NCBI GenBank assembly: GCA_963803705.1
Contig: CAWDNU010000004.1
Location: forward strand, 352,001-416,000
DNA from: an uncultured Pseudobdellovibrionaceae bacterium
Lineage (GTDB): Bacteria > Bdellovibrionota > Bdellovibrionia > Bdellovibrionales > UBA1609
DNA: 64,000 nt
Direction: 5' to 3'
Part shown: one piece after another, positions 47,360-57,458 of the stretch
Numbering within the stretch: position 1 is the first letter of the stretch
Layout of the letters: each line of letters begins with the position of its first letter
The notes under the pieces: model-generated
What the model saw: the letters and a program-made list of their open reading frames with translations, nothing else
The model's database searches: none
Told to the model about the DNA's origin: nothing
Translations under genes and position numbers: made by a program

Positions 47360-47713
47360 ATGAAATTTTTAATATTAACGGTTCTTATGAGCTTATCTTT
47401 TACAGCTAACGCAGCCGAACCGCTTAGGTTGATTTGCTATTCACCAGTCTCGTTTGAATACTTTCAAGTCTTTATTGAAGATGATCAAATAATGTTGCCA
47501 CTTGATAAGCAAGTACATTCATTGGGAAGAATGCAAATGGCTATGCCTACAGCTGTCCCTAGATTTGCTTATGTAGATATGGAAAGTGGATACACCTTAA
47601 AAGATGGTGAATTTATATATTCAAAACCAGAGGATGAAGTGCTAGGAATCTTTCAAGATTTAGTCAATGACGCAGAATTTAGATGTCAAACTAACCATAT
47701 AATAAATTACTAG
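47360..47713 (+). CDS. Small secreted hypothetical protein
   Basis: AAGGAG RBS, signal peptide ending ANA, Cys near each end of the mature protein. Confidence 0.75.
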   Translation: MKFLILTVLMSLSFTANAAEPLRLICYSPVSFEYFQVFIEDDQIMLPLDKQVHSLGRMQMAMPTAVPRFAYVDMESGYTLKDGEFIYSKPEDEVLGIFQDLVNDAEFRCQTNHIINY

Positions 47714-47782
47714 CAGCTAATTTCTATTACCTAATCCATAGCAGTTACTATTAAGCCTCTGGATACTGGATTATAAATACTT

Positions 47783-47907
47783 GGGCCTGTTGAAAAAGCA
47801 TTAGATTCTAGGCGTCCAAGCTTAAAATCGAATGAGTCGTAGTTTATCTACGTCGAATGAGATTTAAGCGAAGGCAACAACGAAGACGATGCTTTTTCAA
47901 CAGGCCC
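47783..47907. mobile_element. 125-bp MITE-like element, copy 1
   Basis: Perfect 19-bp TIR GGGCCTGTTGAAAAAGCAT / ATGCTTTTTCAACAGGCCC. ACTT on both flanks. Near-identical copy at 55678. Confidence 0.88.
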
Positions 47908-47915
47908 ACTTGTTA

Positions 47916-49199
47916 TTAGGGTTCTACGACTAGAGCCCTAATGTCTTTACCCACTGGCGATTCATGAGCCACTAGGTCGAATTCCCCTAAAGTTGCAAAT
48001 ATGTGATCAAAAATATCTGACTGAATATTTTCATATTCACTCCATTTAGTTGTGTTGGTAAATACATAAATTTCTATTGGTAGTCCCTGGGCAGAAGGCG
48101 CTAGCTGGCGGACCAGCAATGTCATTTCCTGCTGGATTTGGGGATGATTTTTTAAGTATGACACTAGATACTTTCTGAAAGTTCCAATATTTGTAAGTCT
48201 CCTACCATTTATAGCGATGGACATATCGACCTTTGACTCTTGATTGTATCGTTCAATAGCTTGTTTTGTTTCGGCTAAGTAAGAACCTAACAAGTTATTT
48301 TTGCCTAATCGATTGATGTCATCTTCTGTTAAAAATCTAACACTTGCAGTGTTTATCAACAGGCTTCTTTTGATTCTTCGTCCACCAGAATCAGACATGC
48401 CCCGCCAGTTCTTAAAAGAATCTGAAATTAGTGCGTAGGTGGGAATAGTTGTGATCGTCTTATCAAAATTTTGCACTTTTACCGTGGTCAGGCAGATATC
48501 AATCACATCGCCATCTGCATTGTACTTTGGCATCTCTAACCAGTCCCCTATTTTTAACATATTGTTTACAGAAAGTTGTATGCCTGCAACTAATCCTAAA
48601 ATTGGATCTTTAAAAACTAGCATCACAACGGCTGACAAAGCACCGACCCCAGACAAAAGAATAACCGGCGACTTACCTAGTAGAATTGCGATACCTATTA
48701 AGCCGCCCAGTAAACTAACCACAAGCTTAATAGTCTGTAAGACGCCGCGTAGTGGAATATGAAGTTTGCGAATCCGCTGGCTCATCATACTTTCAAAAGC
48801 ATCAAGGAATGAAAATATGGCCATCAGCCCATAGAACAAAATAAATAAGTCAGATAGCAGAATTATTGCTCGGTGGGTAAGAGAGGTTTCTGCAAACCAA
48901 GCATTAGACTGTATCTGAACAATTACACTTTGAATCATAAACACTAGCTCATGGAAAAAGCGGTTCGCATTTAGTGCATTTAACCAAGTGCCATCACTAT
49001 CAACCAGCTGAAATTTAGCGATAATTCGAAGTACGATGTGATGTAAAACCACATGCAGAACTAAGGCCGTAATTGCTATCCACAGTAAAACAAATCCATG
49101 AAAAAGCAGCTCTGAGTAGCCGGGTAAATATACGGAAAGCCATTCCAGAATGTACTCGCGGACTTGAGCTCTAAAACTGTCTATGGGCATATCATTCAT
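47916..49199 (-). CDS. ybdG: Miniconductance mechanosensitive channel (MscS family, YbdG-like)
   Basis: VFKDPILGLVAGIQLS, GDWLEMPKYNADGDV, SFKNWRGMSDSGGRRIKRS, RRLTNIGTFR. Confidence 0.92.
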   Translation of the reverse strand: MNDMPIDSFRAQVREYILEWLSVYLPGYSELLFHGFVLLWIAITALVLHVVLHHIVLRIIAKFQLVDSDGTWLNALNANRFFHELVFMIQSVIVQIQSNAWFAETSLTHRAIILLSDLFILFYGLMAIFSFLDAFESMMSQRIRKLHIPLRGVLQTIKLVVSLLGGLIGIAILLGKSPVILLSGVGALSAVVMLVFKDPILGLVAGIQLSVNNMLKIGDWLEMPKYNADGDVIDICLTTVKVQNFDKTITTIPTYALISDSFKNWRGMSDSGGRRIKRSLLINTASVRFLTEDDINRLGKNNLLGSYLAETKQAIERYNQESKVDMSIAINGRRLTNIGTFRKYLVSYLKNHPQIQQEMTLLVRQLAPSAQGLPIEIYVFTNTTKWSEYENIQSDIFDHIFATLGEFDLVAHESPVGKDIRALVVEP

Positions 49200-49231
49200 A
49201 AAAATCTTCTTTTGGTAAAAGTTATTTTAAA

Positions 49232-50281
49232 TTAAACCCATAATTTCCATTTAAGGTTTTGACCTGCTAAGAATGGGATGAGGATCTCGCCGCTAGCTAA
49301 TTTAATTTGCTCGGGGACTTTCCAACTTTCTTTAACTAAAGTTATCGATCCTTCGTTTCTTGGCAGGCCGTAAAAATCAGCACCAAAGTGACTTGCGAAA
49401 TTTTCAAGCTTATCTAATGCATCTAAGTCTTCAAAAATCTGCGTGTATAGCTCTATGGCAACCGGCGCAGAGTAACATCCAGCGCAGCCACAAGCTGACT
49501 CTTTTTGGTGCTTTTCGTGAGGCGCCGAGTCAGTTCCTAAAAAAAACTTTTTGGACCCTGTTCGAACAATATCTTGCAGTGCCAATTGGTGGGTACTTCT
49601 TTTTAGTATTGGCAGACAGTAATTATGTGGCTTAATGCCACCAACTAAAAGATCGTTACGGTTAAGCAGCAAATGCTGGGGGGTAATTGTGGCAGCTACA
49701 TTATCTGAAGCCGATCGTACAAATTCAACAGCTTGCCGGGTAGTAATATGTTCGAAAACAATTTTTAATTTAGGATAAGCTTCCACAATCTTTAACAAAT
49801 GCTTTTCAATAAAAACGGCCTCTCGGTCAAAAATATCTACCTTAAGATCGTTCACTTCACCGTGTACTAATAGTAGCATACCTAAACTAGCCATTTCTTC
49901 AAAAATTGGAAAGAGCGCCTGCACACTGTCAACAGCGCTTGCTGAATTTGTTGTGACACCAGCAGGATAAAGCTTAGCCGCTAGTATTCCACTTGAAAAT
50001 GCCTCTTTGATATCTTCTATCGAGGTTTCATCTGTTAAAAACATCGTCATAACGGGTTTAAACTGTTTACCCTCAGGAATTTCAGCCAAAATCTGTCTTT
50101 GGTATTCTAAAATTGCTGCAGGTTTAGTCAGGGGTGGGATCAAGTTTGGCATGGCTACTGCTCTGGCGAAACATCTGGATGTGGCCTCTAAGGACTCTTT
50201 TAAAATTACACCACTTCTAAAGTGTGCGTGCCAATCATCCGGGGTTCTAATAGTTAATTTTTGCATAAAGCAAATTAACAT
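49232..50281 (-). CDS. pyrC: Dihydroorotase (E. coli-type)
   Basis: PDDWHAHFR, MPNL, KLYPAGVTTNS, FEHITT, FFLGTDSAPH, CGCAG. Confidence 0.97.
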   Translation of the reverse strand: MLICFMQKLTIRTPDDWHAHFRSGVILKESLEATSRCFARAVAMPNLIPPLTKPAAILEYQRQILAEIPEGKQFKPVMTMFLTDETSIEDIKEAFSSGILAAKLYPAGVTTNSASAVDSVQALFPIFEEMASLGMLLLVHGEVNDLKVDIFDREAVFIEKHLLKIVEAYPKLKIVFEHITTRQAVEFVRSASDNVAATITPQHLLLNRNDLLVGGIKPHNYCLPILKRSTHQLALQDIVRTGSKKFFLGTDSAPHEKHQKESACGCAGCYSAPVAIELYTQIFEDLDALDKLENFASHFGADFYGLPRNEGSITLVKESWKVPEQIKLASGEILIPFLAGQNLKWKLWV

Positions 50282-50390
50282 GAAGATGATTTTAAAACAG
50301 CTAGGAACTTAAAAATTTCAAGTGATTTACAGGTCACAGCATATTCACTCTGGCTAATTAAGCTACCACTTAGATCGGTCAGTCATAAAT

Positions 50391-51587
50391 ATGTCCGAAG
50401 CCTTAAGTAAACACTTGAACTTGTCTTGGATTTATAGGCACTTGATCACAATGGATTTAAAACATATCAACAAAATCATTATAAATGTTTGCCTTTTTGT
50501 TGCCTCACATGCAATGGCCGATGAAACCAATTCTGACTTTGTTCAAAAACTGTGGCCACCATCAGAATCAAGTCTTATCCAAAAATATATGCTAAATAGG
50601 TTTTATGAAGGTGAAGCGGGTTTAAATAACTATTACGCTAAGTTTCATAAACCAGATAACTGTATAAATAGTCCACTAATCATTATCACCGGAGCTGACG
50701 ACCCGGTACCTGCATGGTTCGATACGGCCTTAAATGCTATGAAGCTAGGTTTCAAAAGTATTTATATTATTGAAATACGTGGACAAGGTCAGTCCCAAAG
50801 GGTTGCGGGAAACGAGGCTAAGCTTCTACATGTCGAAAAATTCGATAATTATAAACTTGATTTGATTTCAGCACTTCGAAGTATAGAAGATTTAGATGGT
50901 TTTCTAGATCCTGTTTATGTCATTTCACATTCGACTGGTTCCTTAGTCTTAGCAAATGCCTTTAAGGACATCAAACGACAACTTCCAAGTTTAAAAATAA
51001 AATCAATGAGTTTTTGGGCTCCTTTAATAAAAATGAACTTACAGCCCTGGGTCAGCAACCCTTTTGTTCACTCAGCCATTTCCACATTCGAAAAAATTTA
51101 TTCTTCTTGTTGTGGACTTTTCGTTGCTCAAAAAATCCCTAATGTTCCATTCTCAGAAAATAAGCTAACCAGTGACGAAGGTAAATATAAACGATTACAA
51201 AAGCTTAAGAAAAGTTACGGACTAGGGTCAACGGGAGTAAGTCTTAGGTGGGCCGTGGATGCATTGACCGAAACGCAATTAGTACAAAGCGATCAGATGA
51301 AATCTTTGAAAATTCCAATATTAATAATGAAGTCAGAAAAGGACTTTATTGTCAGTAACGAATATAACTTTGATAGCGCTAATGTAAAAGTTGAAACCAT
51401 ACCCTTGGCATTTCATTCTATTCACATAGAAAAAGATGAAATTTTTGACAAGGTTTTCAAAATAACATTTGATTTCTTTTTGGGTGGAAACAACAAAAAG
51501 TGCTCTGAACTAAAAAAACCAATGACTGAATCTGAAGCTAAAAAGGCTGATGCCGATTCGGTTGATAAGCAGCCCATTTCGCCCTAA
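50391..51587 (+). CDS. Secreted alpha/beta hydrolase, lysophospholipase (PldB)-like
   Basis: EIRGQGQSQR, HVEKFDNY, nucleophile SHSTG, LTSD, KDFIV...AFHSIHIEKD. The true start is probably ATG 50451. Confidence 0.8.
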   Translation: MSEALSKHLNLSWIYRHLITMDLKHINKIIINVCLFVASHAMADETNSDFVQKLWPPSESSLIQKYMLNRFYEGEAGLNNYYAKFHKPDNCINSPLIIITGADDPVPAWFDTALNAMKLGFKSIYIIEIRGQGQSQRVAGNEAKLLHVEKFDNYKLDLISALRSIEDLDGFLDPVYVISHSTGSLVLANAFKDIKRQLPSLKIKSMSFWAPLIKMNLQPWVSNPFVHSAISTFEKIYSSCCGLFVAQKIPNVPFSENKLTSDEGKYKRLQKLKKSYGLGSTGVSLRWAVDALTETQLVQSDQMKSLKIPILIMKSEKDFIVSNEYNFDSANVKVETIPLAFHSIHIEKDEIFDKVFKITFDFFLGGNNKKCSELKKPMTESEAKKADADSVDKQPISP

Positions 51588-51752
51588 TTTAACTTGAAAT
51601 TTTAATGTGATTTACAAACTCATTTTTTTTGTTGAAGACAGGATCACAACAAAGACCAGGAAAGCATAAGGTGAGCAAAAAAACACGCAGATTTAATTAC
51701 ATGCTCGTTAACACTGGATCGAGGACAACAGACATCAAATCAAATCTAAAAA

Positions 51753-53741
51753 TCAGAGTTTATAAGAGATTCCTAAAGTAGTTACTAAAATGGACTTTAG
51801 TTTTTCACTTAAGTTATCTTGCCCTAAAGATTGCGCTAACCTGTAAAAACGATAGGTATCAAGCAAACCTTTACCCCATCCGTCAAAGCTTGAACAACCA
51901 ACACGATCTTCTGAATAAGAGTAAATACTTTCTATGACCTTAGACTCATATTCAGCCACCTGCGGTTCTTGGTCTTTAGAAGCAGTATAGTTTAAAATAT
52001 AAACATAAAGCATATACTTTATCACCCCTGCTTGAGCATCTAGATTTTTGTCGTTAGAGAAAGCTACAAAGTCTGATGCAGATCTTAGTACCTCTTGCTT
52101 ATAGCTGTCTGTGTATACGCTTTGAGCATCTAAAACCAACTTTAACTCAGCCTGAATTTTATAAATTTGTAAGTATTCATCTACGCGAGTTGATTCTGCA
52201 CCTGCAGAAATATAATGATTCTTGACCCAACTAATATCATTTACCCTTCCTTCTGCAGCGGATAACTTAAGCAGTGATTCGCAACCACGAGCATCGTTCT
52301 TACAGCTGAATTTTAACATCTCTACTGCTTCATTGATCTTTCCGAAAGAAACATAGGTAATTGCCATCAAATCTAAGTTATGTGAGTAATGCCAATCATA
52401 ATTCTGTTTAAAATTATATTTTTTGCTCCAGGATTTATGTGTACTGGCTGCCAAGTCAAATTGATCTTTGGCCTGCTGCCACTCTTGAAATCTTGGAAGA
52501 ACGTGTCCTAACATATGCTGAGCATGGGAAGAATCGGTAGCGATGGAGGCCATTACTTTTGCGTGATCTAGTGCAAACGGGTAACCTAAACTTTCTTCGT
52601 AGTGGTGAGTTAAGTAATGATTTGCCCCTAAGTGATTAGGGTTGATGATCAGTGCTTGAAGGAAAGGGGCTGGATCAGCTGCTCCTTTGGCCAAGTACTG
52701 AGCTAAGGTTAGAACTTCTAAATCGTTAGGCCTTTTTTCATTTAAATTAGCTAAAGCATCACTTATATCTAGAACATCAGTATCACCGATTAGATTTTGG
52801 GCCGTCTTAAATATATATGATTTAATAAATTGATACCAAGCTAAATCTTTACTCTTCATTCTATCTGGACGCACCTTAGATAATTCTAAATTTGCAAATT
52901 TACTACCTGAACGTAAATCAAATTTTATGTAAGCCAGGGCAAGAAAAGATCTTGCCAGATCGTTATCCGGTTCATCTTTTACAGCCATTCTAAATGCTCT
53001 GACTGCGTCGATATAATGAAAGTTATGTAATCGAGCAATTCCCGCATTGATCGCTTTATCAGTTTGAGTTTCACGACCTAAAAATCCGCTCTTTATATAT
53101 GAATATTGGCCAAATTTTTCATTTAAATCTAGTGGTGTATCTAACTTATTTACCGGAACTTTAGATAACTCTGTTATTCCAGCTACGATGTCTTCCAGTG
53201 TGTTCTGAGGATCGCCATCCAATAATAATGCTTGTTTAAGATCATTAATTTCGTATGATGCAGTCACAAATACGCTGGCTTTATTGGTGATGGGATCGAC
53301 GGTAATAAAAGTTGGAAACCCACGCAAAGAGATTTTTAGATAATCTAAAAGAGTCGACGAGCTTTTGGTCGCATTAGAATCACCAGATAAGCTGACGATA
53401 ACAAATTTTTTTTCAATCTCGGCTTTAATTTTTGGGTTTGATTTTAATGCAGCATCAACCATTTTGCATGGGGGACACCAATCCGCGCCCACTATTAAAA
53501 ATATTGATCTGTTAGTAGCTTTTGCTACGGCTTCAGCGTGTTTATAAACTGTCAATTGATTTAGTTCATCTGTGTCGCATTGAGGATAAATTTTTCCACC
53601 GCATTTTTTTAAGTAGTCTTGAGTATCAAAAACTAAGTCAGCTGTAACTTCTAGTTGCCTTGCTGGTCTATCGCCGCTTTGTGCATACGTAGATATTGAG
53701 AAAATAGTCGAAAACACAATGGATACAATTAAATGAGTCAT
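51753..53741 (-). CDS. Secreted thioredoxin-domain plus His-rich TPR protein
   Basis: GADWCPPC...GFPTF, then LHNFHYIDAVRAFR, HLGANHYLTHHYE, HAQHMLGH, WHYSHNL. Confidence 0.8.
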   Translation of the reverse strand: MTHLIVSIVFSTIFSISTYAQSGDRPARQLEVTADLVFDTQDYLKKCGGKIYPQCDTDELNQLTVYKHAEAVAKATNRSIFLIVGADWCPPCKMVDAALKSNPKIKAEIEKKFVIVSLSGDSNATKSSSTLLDYLKISLRGFPTFITVDPITNKASVFVTASYEINDLKQALLLDGDPQNTLEDIVAGITELSKVPVNKLDTPLDLNEKFGQYSYIKSGFLGRETQTDKAINAGIARLHNFHYIDAVRAFRMAVKDEPDNDLARSFLALAYIKFDLRSGSKFANLELSKVRPDRMKSKDLAWYQFIKSYIFKTAQNLIGDTDVLDISDALANLNEKRPNDLEVLTLAQYLAKGAADPAPFLQALIINPNHLGANHYLTHHYEESLGYPFALDHAKVMASIATDSSHAQHMLGHVLPRFQEWQQAKDQFDLAASTHKSWSKKYNFKQNYDWHYSHNLDLMAITYVSFGKINEAVEMLKFSCKNDARGCESLLKLSAAEGRVNDISWVKNHYISAGAESTRVDEYLQIYKIQAELKLVLDAQSVYTDSYKQEVLRSASDFVAFSNDKNLDAQAGVIKYMLYVYILNYTASKDQEPQVAEYESKVIESIYSYSEDRVGCSSFDGWGKGLLDTYRFYRLAQSLGQDNLSEKLKSILVTTLGISYKL

Positions 53742-53839
53742 TAGGTCCTTTTTTTATATATTATTAATGCATTAAAACTCGTAAAATCTAATTACCGCGA
53801 TCTACCACGCAGCTCAGCTAAATGTCGATATTTAGATCT

Positions 53840-53856
53840 AGCATTAGTTGTGCCAG
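53840..53856 (-). promoter_or_regulatory. Putative sigma54 promoter
   Basis: Minus strand CTGGCACAACTAATGCT, close to the TGGCAC-N5-TTGC consensus. Confidence 0.65.
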
Positions 53857-54054
53857 GTTCTACGCATTAGTATTGACCTTTAAACGGCAGTTACTTGTTA
53901 ATCTTTTTTACACTAAGGGGTGGTTCTGAATTTATTTCATTTAGTTGAGTGTTCGGATTGGCGCTAGTTATTATTTGGAGAAAGGCGGGTTTATAGGCCG
54001 CGATCTAGGTTTAATCTAACAGATTCGATTTAATTTGTCTTTTATTAACGCCGT

Positions 54055-55056
54055 TCAAAAATTAAAAGTTAAATTGGTCCTTAAGTAAAAGTCTTCACTT
54101 AAGTTTTTTCTAGCAGACTCAATATTGAAAATACTTTCTCCCTCGTAAACCTTTCTATCAAAACTGTAACCTAAACCAATGCTTGCCTTTAAGGTTTTTG
54201 AAAGAAAGCTATTTATACCAAATTCAAGTTTTTTGTCTTCGTAAAAAAGACGATCTTCTTCTTTTATTCTATTTTCGTGCATAAATGTCTGAACCATATA
54301 TCTAAATTTTGTGTAAAACATGGCAGGTCCAAAGATTCTCCAAGCTAAATCGAAACCAGCGCCTGATGGAGTTAGGAATACGCTGTAAACGTAAGATTTA
54401 AAATCCATCCACCTAAAGCTTACAAATGGAAAACCCATGGTCGCAGTAAAATACCTAGTAGGCATGTAAAGATATAAAAATGAAGGCAGCGGAATATTAT
54501 TGAGAAAAGCTCTGTTGTTAGAGAAATTAGCAAGTATTGACCACTGAGATTTAGACTGTCTTTCAAAACTGTAAAGAGCTGTTAGATTTATGGCCGAGTC
54601 TTGCTGCCGACCGAAAGGATTATCACTAGCAGATCCGTAATTCACAATGATGCTAGTGCTCTTACCCTTATCATTAATAAATTTGGTGCCAGAAATTTCA
54701 AAAGATTGGTTAGTAAGAAAATTATTTACCAAAGTGTTACTTTCGCCTATTTCTAAGTCATTTAAGCCAGTGTTTAGACTTTCGATGGCAGCGCTTAAAG
54801 TTAAAATATACTTTTTATTTTTTATTATATTTAGGTCTAGGTCAGCAAACCCTACCCGTTGCCCACCGTTAATCTGCCGAGGAGAGTTTAGCATTAACGT
54901 ATCAGTAATATAATCAAAGACTAATCTTGCCTTCTTGGTTGGCGGTGGGCCACCAATTTGGGCAAACAATATATTTGGGCTTAAGAAAAGTATTAAACTT
55001 AAAAAAACTATTGTTTTGAGCTGATCCGGAATTAAACTGCACTTTAGTCGTATCAT
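54055..55056 (-). CDS. Outer-membrane beta-barrel protein
   Basis: Signal peptide, alternating beta strands, NIPLPSFLY, C-terminal TFNF. Confidence 0.7.
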   Translation of the reverse strand: MIRLKCSLIPDQLKTIVFLSLILFLSPNILFAQIGGPPPTKKARLVFDYITDTLMLNSPRQINGGQRVGFADLDLNIIKNKKYILTLSAAIESLNTGLNDLEIGESNTLVNNFLTNQSFEISGTKFINDKGKSTSIIVNYGSASDNPFGRQQDSAINLTALYSFERQSKSQWSILANFSNNRAFLNNIPLPSFLYLYMPTRYFTATMGFPFVSFRWMDFKSYVYSVFLTPSGAGFDLAWRIFGPAMFYTKFRYMVQTFMHENRIKEEDRLFYEDKKLEFGINSFLSKTLKASIGLGYSFDRKVYEGESIFNIESARKNLSEDFYLRTNLTFNF

Positions 55057-55069
55057 TTTTTTGAACAGA

Positions 55070-55675
55070 TCATTTTTTGTAAGAAGAATTAAATACGAAT
55101 TCGTCTACAGACTTTCTTTCATTAGGATTTTCTTTACTTGCTAAATCTTCGGGAAGGGACTCTGGTTTACCTTGCTTACCGATAACTATGGCGCAAATAA
55201 CTTCAAATTGGTCTTCGGGAACCTTGGTGATTTCATAAACTTTTTCGTTTTCGATACCGCCCATACCGTGACAGCGATAACCTAACTGCTCAGCTTGAAG
55301 GTTTAAGGACATCCAAGACGCACCTGTATCAAACTTCGCCCACTCATTAATTTTTCCGTTTGCCGAAAACACCTTTCTTGCGAATACGTAGACTAAAAGC
55401 GGTGCTCTAAAAGCCCATTTCTGATTTCCAGGTGCCAGTCCTTGAATAAAGTTAGAATCTTTGCCGACATCTGTTGAATACACAAACATCCAGGGTTGTT
55501 CATTGAAACAGGAAGGCGACCACCTGGCGGCTTCAAAAATCGCCTTGATATGCGCTGCAGGAACTGGTTCGCTTAAAAAAGACCTGGGCGACCATCTATC
55601 TATAAAGATGGGGTTTAAAAGCTTTGAATCAGACTGTCTGATAAACACCTCCGATTGTGAATTTGAATAAAACAC
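55070..55675 (-). CDS. Nitroreductase family protein
   Basis: DRWSPRSF, FEAARWSPSCFNEQPW, FDTGASW, CHGMGG. The exact start is uncertain. Confidence 0.93.
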   Translation of the reverse strand: MFYSNSQSEVFIRQSDSKLLNPIFIDRWSPRSFLSEPVPAAHIKAIFEAARWSPSCFNEQPWMFVYSTDVGKDSNFIQGLAPGNQKWAFRAPLLVYVFARKVFSANGKINEWAKFDTGASWMSLNLQAEQLGYRCHGMGGIENEKVYEITKVPEDQFEVICAIVIGKQGKPESLPEDLASKENPNERKSVDEFVFNSSYKK

Positions 55676-55677
55676 TT

Positions 55678-55802
55678 GGGCCTGTTGAAAAAGTATTAGA
55701 TTCTAGGCGCCCAAGCTTAAAATCGAATGAGTCGTAGTTTATCTACGTCGAATGAGATTTAAGCGAAGGCAACAACGAAGATGATGCTTTTTCAACAGGC
55801 CC
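55678..55802. mobile_element. 125-bp MITE-like element, copy 2
   Basis: Differs from copy 1 at 3 positions. ACTT at 55674-55677 and 55803-55806. Confidence 0.88.
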
Positions 55803-55941
55803 ACTTCCTTAAAAGAGTAAGATATGTAAAGGGCTACGGCAATACTTCACCTTTATCCCCACTGTGTTAAATTCTAAAAGAAATTGTATCAAACAGAAGA
55901 TACAATATAAACTGGCACATATTATATTTTAAAAAATAAGC

Positions 55942-56373
55942 ATGTCTTCACAACTTCTAACCTCTGTAGGCCTAAATATGTTGAAATCATTTATCATCAG
56001 TTTTATTTTATTTATAATCTTTGACATTGTATGGTGGGGATTTTTGGCTAAAAGCTTTTTTAAGGATACCATGGGCCATATAGCTAGAATGAAAGATGGA
56101 AGCCCCGACATCTTTTACCCTTCAGGTATTGCTGTTTATTTAATAATGAGCGCTGTTCTAACTGTTTTTGTTATTTTGTCTCCTCAATCAAAAACTGAAT
56201 TCAATGCCGCAATCTATGGAGCTTTCTTAGGGCTTGGCCTATTTGCCACATTTGACTTGACCAATCATGCAATTTTGAAAAGCTACCCTATTAAATTTGC
56301 ATTGGTGGATATCAGTTGGGGGACCTTTATGTGTGCCTGTGTTTCTTTCATAACATTTAAATTTTGTAGATAA
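55942..56373 (+). CDS. DUF2177-family membrane protein
   Basis: FDIVWWG, VYLIM, ATFDLTNHAIL, VDISWG. Confidence 0.85.
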   Translation: MSSQLLTSVGLNMLKSFIISFILFIIFDIVWWGFLAKSFFKDTMGHIARMKDGSPDIFYPSGIAVYLIMSAVLTVFVILSPQSKTEFNAAIYGAFLGLGLFATFDLTNHAILKSYPIKFALVDISWGTFMCACVSFITFKFCR

Positions 56374-56446
56374 GCGTTTGTTCGAGAAAGAATTTTGGAC
56401 AGATTAATGAATTGCTTCAAGTAGAATTAAAACGATACAATATAGT

Positions 56447-57298
56447 GTGTTAAAAATATGGATATCTTCATGGCGCTACCTTTGTTTTCTATTTCCAAGA
56501 TGGATTGCAAAATCTGCTGAAAGTTTTTTTCTTTCGACGTTCAGAGTTCCGCGGCCTAGCTCTGAACTTGCATTTTATGAGACAGCAAAAAAATACAAGT
56601 TGGACTCGGGCCTTCAGGCCTTCGAGTGGGGCGCGGCCTCTGATCCACTAGTTGTGCTTTTGCATGGTTGGAACGGGCGTGGAACACAGATGGGGCATTT
56701 TGTAGCCCCATTAATTAGTCTTAACTACAGGGTCATAGCTCTTGATGGGCCTGCTCATGGTGATTCACCTGGTTCTAAAACTGATATTAAACAATTTTCT
56801 GGCGCTTTACTAGAAACGCAGAAACAACTTGGCGATTACAAAGCAATTATATCACACTCTTTTGGCACAGGTTGCTGTGTGCTTTCAACTTCAATGGGTT
56901 TGCATGTCCAGAAACTAGTGTTGATAGCCGGACCATCTAAGTACGACCGGATGATCCAACTTTTTGTTAAAAGAGTTGGATTAAACAGTCGGTCTAAAAA
57001 CTATTTTTATAAAAGCCTAAAACAAAGAACAGGTCTTGATCCGCAAGATATTAACATTGGCTTGATTGGTTCTAAGCTTGATGTAAGTGCTTTGATTGTC
57101 CACGACATAAGCGATAAGGCTGTGGACGTGAAAAACGCAAAAGACTTACACGGCCTATGGCCAAGCACCGAACTAAAGATAACTGAGGGTTTGGGTCACT
57201 ACCGCATATTGAAAGATCAATCAGTCATCGATGCCGCTGTGGAATTTATTGATCGGAAAGTGATACTGAAAAAAAAGATTTTATCTTTGGATCTATAG
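56447..57298 (+). CDS. Alpha/beta-fold hydrolase
   Basis: LLHGWNGRG, DGPAHGDS, SHSFG, HDISD, GLGHYRIL. Confidence 0.9.
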   Translation: MLKIWISSWRYLCFLFPRWIAKSAESFFLSTFRVPRPSSELAFYETAKKYKLDSGLQAFEWGAASDPLVVLLHGWNGRGTQMGHFVAPLISLNYRVIALDGPAHGDSPGSKTDIKQFSGALLETQKQLGDYKAIISHSFGTGCCVLSTSMGLHVQKLVLIAGPSKYDRMIQLFVKRVGLNSRSKNYFYKSLKQRTGLDPQDINIGLIGSKLDVSALIVHDISDKAVDVKNAKDLHGLWPSTELKITEGLGHYRILKDQSVIDAAVEFIDRKVILKKKILSLDL

Positions 57299-57420
57299 CT
57301 AGCCGGAGTTAATTTACCACTAGTATAGAAAATGGCTTTGTATATCTGCCGAGATACTATAGACGAAGAATTGTAAGAGAACAGTACTTTAAAGGCATTG
57401 CCATTTCATTTAGGTGGTAT

Positions 57421-57437
57421 TTGGTATGGCAATTGCT
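57421..57437 (+). promoter_or_regulatory. Putative sigma54 promoter
   Basis: TTGGTATGGCAATTGCT (GG-N10-GC), 22 bp upstream of ATG 57459. Confidence 0.65.
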
Positions 57438-57458
57438 AGCCATTGGCTAGGAGCTTTT

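Noticed and set aside
47783..47907. Structured repeat considered as a tRNA, riboswitch or integron attC site
   Set aside because: There is no cloverleaf, T-loop or CCA, and no RYYYAAC/GTTRRRY ends. The TIR plus flanking duplication fits a MITE better.
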